A stretch of 64,000 nucleotides of DNA from Octopus vulgaris (taxonomy: Eukaryota): positions 103,664,001-103,728,000 of the forward strand of contig OX597820.1 of the NCBI GenBank assembly GCA_951406725.2, read 5' to 3'. This document shows, piece by piece, positions 12,325 through 25,609 of the stretch. The position numbers and the translations under genes are program-made. The notes under the pieces were generated by a model. It saw only the letters and a list, made by a program, of their open reading frames with translations, was not told the origin of the DNA and searched no databases. Each line of letters starts with the position of its first letter. The first letter of the stretch is position 1.

Positions 12325-12800
12325 ATTTTGGGCATAGGGTAAAAAGTACTTTTATTTTATATTTTTGGTGGGGGATTCGATTACATCGATTCCAGCACTT
12401 GACTGGTGCTTACCTTATCGATGCGCCACGAAAGGATGAAAGGAAAAGTTGACCTCCGCGGAATTTGAACTCAGAATATAAAAATGACCGGAAGAAATAC
12501 CTATTTCTTTACTACCCACAAGGGGCTAAACACAGAGAGGACAAAGAAGGACAGACAAACGGATTAAGTCGATTATATCGACCCCAGTGCGTAACTGGTA
12601 CTTATTTAATCGACCCCGAAAGGATGAAAGGATGAAAGGCAAAGTCGACCTCGGCGGAATTTGAACTCAAAACGTAGCGGCAGACGAAATACCGCTAAGC
12701 ATTTCGCCCGGCGATCTAACGATTCTGCCAGCTCGCCGCCCTGACTGGAAGAAATACCGCTAAGCATTTTGTCTGACATGCTAACAACTCTGCCGGCTCC
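12325..12800 (-). mobile_element. Full-length tailed SINE A (12502-12741) inserted into an older SINE A head
   Basis: 17-bp TSD tgac(c/t)ggaagaaatacc at 12485-12501 and 12742-12758. The old SINE continues on both sides. Confidence 0.85.
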
Positions 12801-12902
12801 CTGTCTTAACAACAACCACAAAATTAATATTAATAACAGTGGCCACGCAATCAACTGGACACAACAGCGAAATCTGTTTTTAACCAATTACGTAGTCTTA
12901 GA

Positions 12903-13485
12903 AGGTGGTAAGCTGGCAGAAGCGTTAGCACGCCGGGCGAAATGCGTAGCCGTATTTCGTCTGCCGTTACGTTCTGAGTTCAAATTCCGCCGAGGTCGAC
13001 TTTGCCTTTCATCCTTACGGGGTCGATAAATTAAGTACCAGTTATGCACTGGGATCGATGTAATCGACTTAATCCGTTTGTCTGTCCTTGTTTATCCCCT
13101 CTGTGTGTAGCCCCTTGTGGGCAGTAAAGAAATAGGTATTTCGCCTGCCGCTACGTTCTGAGTTCAAATTCCGCCGAGGTCGACTTTGTCTTTCATCCTT
13201 TCGGAGTCGATTAAATAAGTACCAGTTACGCACTGGGGTAGATATAATCAACTTAATCCGTTTGTCTGTCCTTGTTTGTCCTCCCTGTGTTTAGCCCCTT
13301 GTGGGTTGTAAAGAAATAAGTATTTCGTCTGTCTTTACATTCTGAGTTCAAATTCCGCCGAGGTCGACTTTGCCTTTCAACTTTTCGGGGTCATTAAATT
13401 AAGTACCAGTTGCATCCTGGGGTCGATTTAATCGACTGGACCCATCCCCCAAAATTTCGGGCCTTGTGCCTACAGTAGAAAAGAA
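12903..13485 (+). mobile_element. SINE A tandem array (head, two tailed units, parental 3' end)
   Basis: Junctions aagaaata(g/a)gtatttcg at about 13130 and 13315. The last unit ends cccccaaaatttcgggccttgtgcc. Confidence 0.85.
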
Positions 13486-13677
13486 CAATGTAATCCTGGA
13501 TAATCCCTCAAGCAAGTTAGATGGAATGGTCATGGCTAGAATGCCTTTTTTCATAGCTGTGCTCGATCATGGTTGACCTAATGCTAAACAACAATAGCTA
13601 CTACAGCAATCGCAACAACAGCAATTATATATTTAACGAATTCATTCATATTATTCATAGAATACTTACCTGTTCAT

Positions 13678-13708
<31 letters not shown>

Positions 13709-13760
13709 TTAGAACATTCACCTCAATTCTTCATAGTTGCTCTATAACACCCACACACCA

Positions 13761-13791
<31 letters not shown>

Positions 13792-13888
13792 CATACTACA
13801 TACATACATTACTTCATATATGTATACATAAATGTGTTTCTGTGTATGTGTATCTCTCTATTTATCTCTCTCTTTCTCTCTCTCTCTT

Positions 13889-13929
<41 letters not shown>

Positions 13930-14563
13930 GTTAATGACGAATAGTCTTGAAAGATAATTTGATTTAATTGTGAAAATTATGTAGCTTTATTTGTTACATA
14001 TGACAGTAACTGATATTCAAGCCAAGACAACAATTGCAGCCGGTGTGTGAGAGAAGAGCTGAACAATTAAAGAAATAAATGCATAAATAAATAAATAAGC
14101 AGATAAATAAACAAAAGCAAAAGTAGAAGAAATAGAGAATTTTAGTTAGCACCTAGTTTTGTAACGTCATCTTTTTTTATATACGTATCCTGATAGTAGT
14201 AAAATAAAGGATCATTAAAATGGAGGTTTAAATGTGTTGCGTAGCATTATTCGTTCTGGCTCTCTCCGCTTTGACTTCAATTTCCACCCAGATCAAATTT
14301 GCTTTTGACACTTTCGGTGTTGATAAATAAAATAAAGTAAACATTGGAGTCCATCCTTCACTCTGTTTCTCTGTGGTGCATCTCTTGTTAAAGTCATCTC
14401 TACATATAATCTATAAGTACATCATTGATAATACCGTAACACTACGGTGACATACTTTTCAATTCCCCGTTTTCTCTTGTTTTATTCCGAGGTCTCCCTA
14501 TTTTTCGGGAGATTGTGGATCTGCACCACGAAAATTCTTATTTAAATCTGTAGAGATGGTTTT

Positions 14564-14803
14564 TAGCCAGCACTGATTTTCTTTTACGACGTTTTGTATC
14601 CGAGACGCCAAATGTAGACGATTATGAGATCGAATATGAAAAATGTGTTAGTGGATGATTAATGGATCGGATGGGTGCTAGTGAGAGAACAAAATTCCTG
14701 AAACATGGCGTATACACTCATTACCCATTTTTCATCTTCGATCTCGCTATTTACATCAAGCGTCACGGGTATGAAACGCCGTAACAAGAATCAGTGCTGG
14801 CTA
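14564..14803. mobile_element. MITE / fold-back element
   Basis: TIRs tagccagcactgatt / aatcagtgctggcta with longer imperfect arms. Direct repeats atctgtagagat nearby at 14546-14557 and 14819-14830. Confidence 0.6.
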
Positions 14804-15444
14804 TAATTTCTATAAAATATCTGTAGAGATAACTTTGACAAGTGTTGATATCACTGTAACACTGTAGAACACAGTATTGACTTTAAAATAACGTCTAATA
14901 TACTTTGTAGTATATTATTGTTGCATAAAGAAATATGATGTCTTTAAAGATCATTAATATTAGATAGTATTTGTAATTCAAAGGCTCAGTCTGATCATAT
15001 TGTGACATGCTGATTTGAACCGAGAATCGCGTTTAGTGCACAGCTGACTGTGGAATATTCAGCCGTTTATACGTTAATTTTACGTGCAGGGGTCAGTTAG
15101 TTGAACAATCAAATGTTCGTTGTCAAGACCCACACAATATCCTGGTGTCAATAGTTTTTAGAAGAGCTGGTGAGAGTGAGGTAAAAATTACGTATGACAC
15201 GGATATGATTCCTTTTTAATACCCCTTTCATAAATACATGTGTAGGAGTTTCGGTATTAAAAAGACATTCTGTCCTTGCCATGTATAATTTTAGCAACCC
15301 CGTCCCATCAACCAGTTATTGTACGACTCGCCAACACTGGAATGCGTAGATCTCGGCCAACAGCGTTTAATAATTCAACTAGCAAAATTAGTAATTAGGT
15401 TTATCTGTCTATCTATCCATAAGTATACACACACACGGAGAGAA

Positions 15445-15485
<41 letters not shown>

Positions 15486-15487
15486 AA

Positions 15488-16339
15488 CTAGCTGACGTAC
15501 CTGGTAATTCCCGGGAAATCGGGGCTTATCACTTGGTTCCGTTTTCATAATTGTTTCGCTAATCCAATAACAACAATACAAAGTATGTAGCCCTTAAAAC
15601 GGTTTTTGTGCATTTACAGAAAATACCGAACTGTCTTACACAGGATCTTGTTTTTAGAAATTCACAATAAGTTATGAATACCTAAATTGTGTAGTCAGTT
15701 ATGAAATGACATGAAATTAGTTACCCGATAGTAAGAATTCAAATAAAGTAGTCCCGAAAAGGTCTTTAATGCTTTCCAAGGGTATATAGAACATAGGAGG
15801 AAATACTAATAAGGTATGCATACTAAAATCGTGAAGCATGTTATGTAATAACAGGCTAATCAGATATGAGATAATAACAATTCAAAGTAAATAACTCTGA
15901 AAAGGGCTTTTGTGCATTCCCAGAGAATATTACCCTCAGGGGCGCTAGTGTTGGTATATTCGTGAATAAGTCACTAACCGAAATAAGCGGATCTATTGTT
16001 TAGGAAAATACTATTTACTTGCTTAAGGGTTGTACTGGATAAATTGCGAAAATAACTCTAACAGTTATCTCACTTCCAAAGATTTGGGTGCTATTTCTAG
16101 CGCGCCCTGCTACCATGTAACAGCTATTTGCAATAAAGGATTGGACATAACTGTTGCGCAGTATCAGGTCGTGCAAGAAATAGTAGCCAAGTCTTTCCTT
16201 TTCCGGGGAAAGGAGCCGTTTACTCGTTATTTTGATGTAACATTTGTTGGGAGCATGCGAAATAACCTGGAGAAGAAAAAACCCACGAAACAAAACTGAG
16301 TTTGTCGGTGACGCAATGGGTCACATGTAGTCTAGTCTA

Positions 16340-16340
<1 letters not shown>
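15488..16340. mobile_element. Segment bounded by two outward-facing Helitron-like 3' ends
   Basis: Left (minus): hairpin cccgggaattaccagg then CTAG|T at 15488. Right (plus): hairpin gtgac..gtcac then CTAG at 16332/16337. Confidence 0.4.
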
Positions 16341-16387
<47 letters not shown>

Positions 16388-16423
16388 TTATTTATTTATA
16401 TATATATGTGTGTGTGTGTGTGT

Positions 16424-16673
16424 TAAATTAGAGACGAACAGCTATTTAGTTACTCCATCAATAATGAAAAGATATTATCTATAATTACATAGAAATCAAT
16501 TAAATATCTTATAATTGTTATTCTAAAAACTCTTAACAAACCAATTTAATGTTTGATTTGTTATGAGCTTTTTAGAATAATAATTATAAGATATTTAATT
16601 GATTTCTATGTAGTTATTATAGATAATATCTTTTCACTATTGATGGAATAACTTAATTAGCGGTTCGTCTCTA

Positions 16674-16678
<5 letters not shown>
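16424..16678. repeat. Microsatellite-flanked fold-back with ~120-bp arms (PLE pLTR-like)
   Basis: taaattagagacgaacagc... / ...gcggttcgtctctaattta. The terminal motif aattagagac is shared with the hammerhead-bearing element at 49141. Confidence 0.7.
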
Positions 16679-16724
<46 letters not shown>

Positions 16725-16808
16725 GAATTTTGATTTAGTGTGCTAAATTGAAAGTTTTTCCGTTAGCTTGGAATTATTACTTGCCCTAACTATTAATAAT
16801 ATATTAAT

Positions 16809-16913
<105 letters not shown>

Positions 16914-16920
16914 TATATAA

Positions 16921-16957
<37 letters not shown>

Positions 16958-16961
<4 letters not shown>

Positions 16962-17145
16962 GTTCGGGCTAAATTTCAGAGTTTGCATAAAAAGGAAAGA
17001 GAACAATATCCCATCCGGCTGAAAGATAACAGTTTATTTAAAGCAGCCACCCTCAGCTTCCACTACCACAGCCTCAAGACGTTTCCGTGACTCAGCGCAG
17101 GCGTTCCTCACTTTGTCCCTAGAAAGATTTTCGAACACCTCCTTT
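16958..17145 (-). pseudogene. Tc1/mariner-superfamily transposase C-terminal remnant and element end
   Basis: Minus translation EVFENLSRDKVRNACAESRKRLEAVVVEAEGGCFK*, then a short end abutting (TA)n. Confidence 0.6.
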
Positions 17146-17589
17146 CGAGGATTTTGAAAGGCAACTATTGGTTTTCAGTTGAGTTAGACATTAGTTGAAT
17201 AGACTTGGGTGGTGTAAAATGATGTGTCATACCCGAGGATATAACGCGCTGCCCAGTCTAGGAATCGAACTCACATGAGCCGTAATCTTAGTCATTTGAC
17301 CACGAGCCTTCACACGCACGCACACACACATACACACATGCATGCATACATACATACATACATACATACATACATACATGCATCATGCATACATACATGC
17401 ATACATACATGCATACATACACACATACATACATACATACATACATACATACATACATACATGCATCATGCATACATACATGCATACATACATGCATACA
17501 TACATACACTCATACATATGTTCTTTTTCTCTTTTTGATTAAGAATAAATACTGACTGGCCACCTATTTTATAGCAAAGTTGTGAAGAA

Positions 17590-19640
17590 AAGCATCTTGT
17601 GTTAACTATCATCCTTTAAATCTCAAGGAGGTATTGCAACTTTTTGTAGTCCCATATATCGTGATCATTTGTAACGTATAAATTAAGGATTTGCATTCTC
17701 TCATTAACACCCCAAGTTCAGCCATACTTTGCTCTAGCCGGATTAGTATTAATCTTGTTGCTCCAATGATAATAGGTATGAAGCTGAAAGTGTATCTTGG
17801 TTACTGGATTTGCAAACTTCTTATCAATGATCCATAGATGTCCTTTCTCTCTTGTATTTTTCTAACCACATTGGTGTTTAGATGGCAGCTGATTTCCACA
17901 GCAGAACTTATCTTTTCCTTGTGGTCCCACGCAACAATATCTGACCAGTTGTGTTTTAACTTAGTGGCTGTTTTAATTTTTAAGTTTCACCAATATTCGT
18001 TTTACCCATCGGTCTTGATATGGTCAATTTCGTCTGAGGTTTTTTTTTCTTTTTTGTTATCTTATTCCAGGCTGTTCTGGCCACCGTATCATACCTCAGT
18101 GGGGAAATATCTGAAAGGCATTCTCTCGCAGTTGGCAATAATTAGGTTCGTCTTTTCCGTTTTAGCCTTAAACAACCTACCTTTGTTGTCTATCAACGTT
18201 CTCTGCCTTTTATGGTGTAGGTACCTGGTGGGAATCTCTTCTTAAATTGCATGGGAGTAGCTTTCAAAGTGGAATGTCATATATTTATCGACATTCCATG
18301 CCAAGCGTTTGATCAGTCCCTTCAATCTTTTGTGTTTTACGTACCAAGTAGCCATGTACTACCTTTTCAGCGAACCGGTCCATTTCTTTTAATTCTGTTT
18401 TTCTGATAAACATATTTTACTAATGTATCAGCTCTTATTTCATACCTCTCTACAAGTTCATTAGCTATCCTAATTATGCTGTTGATTTCATGCTCACTAA
18501 CTTGGACAAGAGAGTTACTGATCTCTTTCCTTTGCCGCAAATGTTGATTCAATGTTACAATATGTGCTTCATAGGACATCAATATAGATTTGCTAGGGAA
18601 GAATAGCATATCTACATCTCCATTAATGTTAATATTTTCTCTAACACTGAGAAGTTTGCGAGTTCGAACTTCTATCTCACTGAGTTCTTATAGTGACCAA
18701 TTCAGAAAGCCAAATCTAGGCATGAATACAAGCACTGCGAAGGTGTAGCGGGCAATATGCTTGTAAGCTGAGAGTTCTAATTGCCATACCCTCTTTACTC
18801 TTCTGAGGTATTCATTTCTGGTCCTCTCCTCATTTATGGGTCCATCATATCTGACATTCTCACCTTGTCCAAGATATCTATAATTGTCACCTGACTAGAG
18901 GTTGTATAGTCAAACTATTTATTTTTAAGTATTCAGAGAGCGCAACGTTTCCACGTTTCATTGTCAGTTATGCACATTTGAACTCAGAGAATTCCATTCC
19001 AATGTCTAGAAAATCGAGCTATGACGTCAAATTGATATTTTATGCGGTCGATATTTGGCCCATACAGTTTCAGGTCGTCGACAAAGAAAAGATGGGAAAC
19101 ACCTCTGGGTTCATTTCAATGATCACTAAGTTTTGTTAACAAAAGTGAGAGGACAAAGAGCAACATCGACAGAATATCACCCTGAAAGATACCTTTTAGG
19201 TAGTGAATGCTATCTCAATTTGTTCCTCATCACTCCTAAGGAGCAAAGAGGTGTGCCAAGCCTTGATCACATGTTCATAGCACTCACTAATGGTTATGAG
19301 AATTTGGCTAACTGTAAAATCTTGATAATCCACCCATGGATTATACTATCAAAAGCGTTCTGGTAGTCCAGTCACACTACATTTAAGTTACTGCAATCTT
19401 TTAGTGTTTCCTGGATCATTTTGTTAATTAGCAGCTGCTCTATACAGCCCCCACACCTTCTTCTTTCCTCCAGCTTTCTCAGGTGTTATAATGTTGTTAT
19501 TGGTGGCACAATGATCCTGCAAGAACAGATTGAGACACCCAATGTATAATTTGTACATGATGTTCTGGTTGGCTATCGGGCAGTAATTTTTAGCATGGGT
19601 GGTTTAACTATTTTTAGGAAATGAAAAGAGTAGTTGCAAC
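17590..19640 (-). pseudogene. Degenerate R4/Dong-like non-LTR retrotransposon (RT plus C-terminal restriction-like endonuclease)
   Basis: Minus-strand motifs in order: PIANQNIMYKL, GCIEQLLINKMI, LDYQNAFDSIIHGW, KGIFQGDILS, SHLFFVDDLKLYG, KHNWSDIVAWD (HNRPD-like), VEISC, FIPIIIGA. Many stops and frameshifts. Confidence 0.85.
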
Positions 19641-19741
19641 TGATAACCATTAGGGCAGTTTTTGTGTGCCCTTGATACTTTCGCCATACATCCGTATGAG
19701 ATCTCGCCGAGAGAGGAGATTTGCATGTATAGGTGATTGTT

Positions 19742-19972
19742 CTGCGGCGAGCTGGCAGAAGCGTTAGCACGCCGGGCGAATGCGTAGCCGTATTTCGTCT
19801 GTCGTTACGTTGTGAGTTCAAATTCCGCCGAGGTCGACTTTGCCTTTCATCCTTTCGGGGTCGATAAATTAAGTACCAGTTACGTACTGGGGTCGATATA
19901 ATCGACTTAATACCTATGTCTGTCCTTGTTTGTTCCCTCTATGTTTAGTCCCTTGTGGATAATAAAGAAATA
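19742..19972 (+). mobile_element. Full-length tailed SINE A monomer
   Basis: Head, core and tail ending aataaagaaata. TSD-like ta(g/a)gtgattgtt at 19730-19741 and 19971-19982. Confidence 0.85.
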
Positions 19973-20221
19973 AGTGATTGTTATTATTCCACAACAAAAA
20001 AGCTTACCTAGATCTGCACCTTAAATAAGAATTTTCGTGGTGCAGATCTACAATCTCCCGAAAAATACGGAGACCTCGGAATAAAACAAGAGCAAACGGG
20101 GAATTGAAAAGTATGTCGCCGTAGTGTTACGGTATTATCAATGTGTATTTTCGTATGTGTTGACATTTGATCCTATAATACAATTAATTTGGAACAGTAT
20201 TCTACCATGAAATTTTTTATC

Positions 20222-20427
20222 ATTTACTTGTTTCAATCATTGTACTGCGGCTGTGTTGGGACACCACCTTGAAGGGTTTAATCGAACAAATCGACCCAAG
20301 TACATTTATTTTTTTTAAGACTGATACTTATTGTCTCTCACTTTTGCTGAACCGCTAAATTACGGGTACGTAAACAAACCAACATCGCTTGTCGAGCGGT
20401 AATGGTGGACATAATACAAACACAGAT

Positions 20428-20459
<32 letters not shown>

Positions 20460-20635
20460 TCGCACACACACACTCACACACATGTATAAATATACAGATA
20501 TGCCCATACATACACCCGTATACATACATACGCATACAGATATACACACATATACATACACACACACGCGAGCGCGCGACGGGCTTCTTCCAGTTTCTAT
20601 CTACCAAATCCACTCACAAGTCTTTGGTAGGCCCA
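20222..20635 (-). mobile_element. tRNA-derived CORE-like SINE family D with internal microsatellite
   Basis: Shares blocks ttgctgaaccgctaaattacggg..cgtaaac and gggcttct..cagtttc..tctaccaaatccactcacaag with other copies. Confidence 0.75.
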
Positions 20636-22364
20636 ATGCAGAACCACCTGGTTGGACAGCAAGTGCTCAACAAGACAACCACACCTGCCTCAAATATAGA
20701 AGTGATCTTTATAATTAAATGTTCAGGTTTTCTTGTGCAGAATATCCCTGAATTGTTTTTTTTTTTGTGAATATGGAAATGGTTTAAGCTGAAGATTATA
20801 AGGTAAATTTTAAGATCGCTTAAAAAATAAATGGCATTGGTTCAAATGACACCATAATATATTTTAACGAGTGCAGAAAATACAAAAAAAAAAGTAGACA
20901 TAGTATAAAAGTATGTTAACAATCTATTCTGAATGTTTATAATCTCACTGGCTTAGTGCCGCCTCAACTTAAAAACATTAATTAGTAATTTCTGAACGGA
21001 TTTTCCAATTATCACGAATATGCCAATTAGCACACCCTCGTGTTAGCTGAGAAGCTTTTTCTACATGGTCGTGTGAGCGGTCTGTGACAGAACCATTACA
21101 GTCACTGGTTAAATTACTTTACTATATTCATTGATATCTCTTTGTGTTCTGAATTCAAATCCTGCCGAGAACAACCTTGCTTTTCATCTTTTCATAAGCA
21201 ATAATATAATAAATATAACTGCAAGGGTCAAGTTAATCCACTGTATTCTATCGCCACATTTCATCATTACAGCCATAATTATCATTGTTATGGCTGTAAT
21301 GATGAAATGTTAAGGTAATTATCATAGATATGAGTAACACGACAAGTATAATTAAAACACTCTCTGGTGGGGGTTTTAATTGTCCTAATCTGCGTAGTCA
21401 GTCTACGTTTCGTATTCTTTACTTGATTTCAGTCGTTAGATTATGGTCATGTTGGGGCACTGTCTTCTGAGATTTTAGTTGATTATATTAAATCCAATAC
21501 TTTATTCAATACATATTTTCTCAACCTCTATTTATCGAATGGTGAGGTTCGTATGAGCTTCGTCTCTTTATGGATATAAAGTGTTATAAAGTATTTCACC
21601 AATTTACAGAATTTTTTCCCTCCTTATCTTGAAGTTGTCTATCAATTTCAATGACAACCACTTCCTTATTCAATTATGATTATTTTGATGGATGTACGTC
21701 CGAATACTTGTGCTGCTTTGGTTAAAAACAGAACATTTGCTCTTGAACTTGCAGGATTAAACCTTATGTCGTAAAGTAATCTACCTATTTTACTTGATGT
21801 ATTTACTAATTAATCGTTATTTTAGACTATTAACTCACATTTGACATAAAATATGTTTTATTATACTAGTTTACACTACAAATAATATAATTTCTATATT
21901 TATTTAGATATATTATACGATTTGATGTGCTTCCAATTTAATCGTTAAAATTTCTTTAGGTGGAGCATTTTCAATATATATCTTAATTGTACATTAGGTA
22001 TTTAATAATTTAAAATGTATTTGGAATTTATATTTTTAATATAATTTTTAAACTTTTAATTTTAACTTTTACCCGTACATAATAATAATATACATAGCCT
22101 GGGGACGCACTGGTGAATTTATGTATTAAGTATAGCCTTAATATACACCCCACTAGTGCAGAAACACGTGTAGCGATTACTTATACTACCTTCTTTCCCC
22201 ACATATTAATAACAGGAAAGATATACTTATTTATCTAATTTTATTTTATTTTAATTATTTTTTAAAACTTTTCTCTGCGTGTACCATAAGGTTATCCTGA
22301 AATAGGAGTTGTTTATCGATTGATAAATATCTCAAATTTGTATTAATATATATACACATAGATA

Positions 22365-22680
22365 CTCTTTTACTATTTTATTTGTTTCAGTCATTTGACT
22401 GCGGCCATACTCGAGCACCGCCTTTAGTCGAACAAATCGACCCCAGAACTTACTCTTTGTAAGCCTGGTACATATTCTATCGGTCTCCTTTGCCGAACCG
22501 CTAATTTACAAAGACGTAAACACACCAGTATCGGATGTCAGGTGTCTACCTAATCCACTCACAAGGCTTTGGTCGGCCCGAGGATATAGTAGAAGACACT
22601 TGCCCAAGATGTCATGAATGGTACTGAATCAAGAACCATGTGGTTGCTAAGCAAGCTACTTACCACACACCCATTCCTGC
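22365..22680 (-). mobile_element. SINE family D
   Basis: tttcagtcatttgactgcggcca... and gacacttgcccaag (CORE-like cttgggcaagtg on the minus strand). Confidence 0.75.
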
Positions 22681-22685
22681 ATACA

Positions 22686-22916
<231 letters not shown>

Positions 22917-23685
22917 TACGTACATTTATATATATGCATATACAAACATATATATGCCTATATCCACGTACACATGTATACAAATATACACAAATATATG
23001 CATATATATATATACATGCGCACAAAAATGTATGCATATAAATACATACATACATGTGTGTGTGGAGATCATAGATACTTTTGCATGAAATTAGCAGAAA
23101 TAACCAGTCATCAGATTTTTCATTTGAATAGTTTTTAGGAATGAAGAAATATGTCCAAGATTTTTAATCCTAAGCATTAATATTTATAGAATTTAGACAC
23201 AACCACAGCTCGCACATTTTGATAGAATTTATAAAGTAGTTTCCATGTATACTGTTTGATTTTTTGTAGAATCATCTTAAAAATTTTATGGCACTCATAC
23301 ACAATTAGATACACATCCTCTGTTATATTTAACGATTAATCGAATCGCATTGTTGTAGTTTTCGAATGCTGATGCCACTGTGCTGGCTAGGCGAGCAGGC
23401 CAACATTCTCACTGAACAGAACTCCAGTTTGTCGTAGGGTTCCCCATGCACGTCCTCCATTTTCTTTAACGATTAATCGAATTAAATACAGTAAAATATA
23501 TTCTCGGTAAATAATTCATATCACTATATCGATCAGACTATCAAATGTTAACGTGCATTGCTGGTCACACTGCGCTTCCTCGCATTGTTGTAGCTTTCGA
23601 ACGATGATACCATGGTGCTGGCTAGGCGGGCAGGTCAACATTCTCGCTGAACAGAACGCCAGTTTGTCGCAGGGTTATCCAATCT

Positions 23686-23777
23686 ACCCCTCCCCTCCTT
23701 CAAACGAGCCCACAACCTACGTAACCTTCTGGCTCACACTTTCTTCCCTAACTCCCACCTCCCAACTTGGTTCGTTC
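23686..23777 (+). mobile_element. ~90-bp internal fragment of the Neptune-type PLE
   Basis: cccctcccctccttcaaacgagcccacaacct... matches about 39913-40003. Confidence 0.75.
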
Positions 23778-23805
23778 AGCAGAAGTGATTTACACTGTCA
23801 TTATG

Positions 23806-24371
23806 TGTGAGATATTTCCATTATGACTATTTAGGCTTAAATACCCGGATATCGGCTCCACTATCCTTTTCGTTCCAGCAGGTCACAAGACTTTGGGATT
23901 AGCTGAACTTGTTGTTCGCATTGGTTGGTTTGCAGTCGTCCAATCGTTTTGGCGCAACAGTTCGTTTTTCCTTACGCGGGAAATCAATCACCAGCTCTAG
24001 TAGCCAACTGATCCTTATAAGAACGACAGTTCTCGACTACTCTCGGTCTTTGGCACACGCCACTGACCACACGCAACTCATCTCTGACAGACAGTCTGCG
24101 CTATCGCCTCTACCAGACACCTGCCTGCATTGTTGTTGTATAAACACCACACGACCTACAGACCATAGGCTTCCTCTACACACCACCAAACAGTACGTCA
24201 ACTTTGTCTACAAGGGCAACAGTTTAGCCTAACCACGAAGTCTTTCACACATCATTGTTATAACTTTATTGTTTTACCTTATTTCATGTATGGTAATCAT
24301 TGTATTTTATAACGGAGAATAAATCGTCACTTACCAGTTCATTTCATCTCAAGTCGTATATTATTTTCACA
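23806..24371 (+). mobile_element. Putative solo LTR
   Basis: TG...CA ends with a short inverted repeat (tgtgagata / tattttcaca), TATA-like ttataa near 24015 and aataaa near 24318. No TSD found. Confidence 0.4.
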
Positions 24372-25609
24372 TTTCCCTTATTTATCATCTTCGTTATAAT
24401 ATGATAGAAGAAATGTGCTCAAGATGCTTCACACTGGAATTGCACTTTGAACCACGTGCTTGCGAAGCGTACCTCATAACGACGCCGTCACGTTCCTGCC
24501 TTTTAAGTTTTGAGTTCCAGTTCCTTTCGAGATCGACCAAATCTTTCATCCGTCAGAGATCGACCAAATCTTTCATCCGCCAGAAATCGATACATACAAA
24601 TACGAGAGTCAACTATAAAACTATGACCGAGAGCCAGTGTTAGAAATCTGCTTTTCCGTAAATCTGTATTTCTGCAAGTAAAAATATGTCGCTAACAATT
24701 TTGTTGTGATGCTCTTTGCTTTTCTCAGAAACTTCAGTGATTTCATTGAAGTGATGGGGTGTCCTTCAGCTCAAAAATCAAAAACCAGGTCACACAGTCA
24801 CTCGGTTCACTCGAATATTATCCCCTCGTCTGTACAGTACTCGGCACTTAATGATTAATACAATATTTTTATAGACAGGGAACAGCTTTCCTAATTGCCT
24901 CATAGGACTGGATAGAAGCTAAGAACCAGGATGCTTGTAATAGCCTTCCAATAAGGTGTCAGATACCATAACAGCGTAACAGAGGATGTTGGTTTTAAGT
25001 TTGGAACATATTTCCACTTAACAGTGTAATATTAATTAAGGAAGTGCTGCTGAAGTTGTATTTTAATTTCTTACTGTCTGCCACTCAAGCTTTAGATCTC
25101 AACAACCTTTGTACATAGAGCTGAAACACAGCGTATATCCTGTGTTCTCGGTGAAACCCATACAATTAAGTCACGGCTCTCTTTAGTCTCTGACGTCGTG
25201 GTTGTTGCAGTTTATGGTGTATTTGTTGTTTTTAGTGCACTGATGTTACTAAAAATATCAGAACATCAGTCTGAATGTTTGGCAATACTTAGTTTCATCT
25301 CTAGAATTACGAGTTCAAACCTACCGGCTTTGATATGCTCTGTAACTTTTATAGCATGTATTTTGTAAACAATAGTGGTTATGGTTATAGGTTTCCATCG
25401 CCAGTGTAACTCAGTGTGGCAACATACAGAACTCGTGGTATTGTATTCGAAAGCACCGGTTCCTTCACGTTTTCACGCTGATATTTGCAGCTTTTACTGA
25501 TATGCCTCGGCTTAATTCCGCAGACCGATACACAGGCATACATATATACATATACATATATGAAAACACACGTATATGAATATACGTGCTTAAACACACA
25601 TATTCATAA

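Noticed and set aside
13660-13680. Minus-strand splice donor CAG|GTAAGT
   Set aside because: The upstream sequence is an (AAAT)n microsatellite with no plausible exon.
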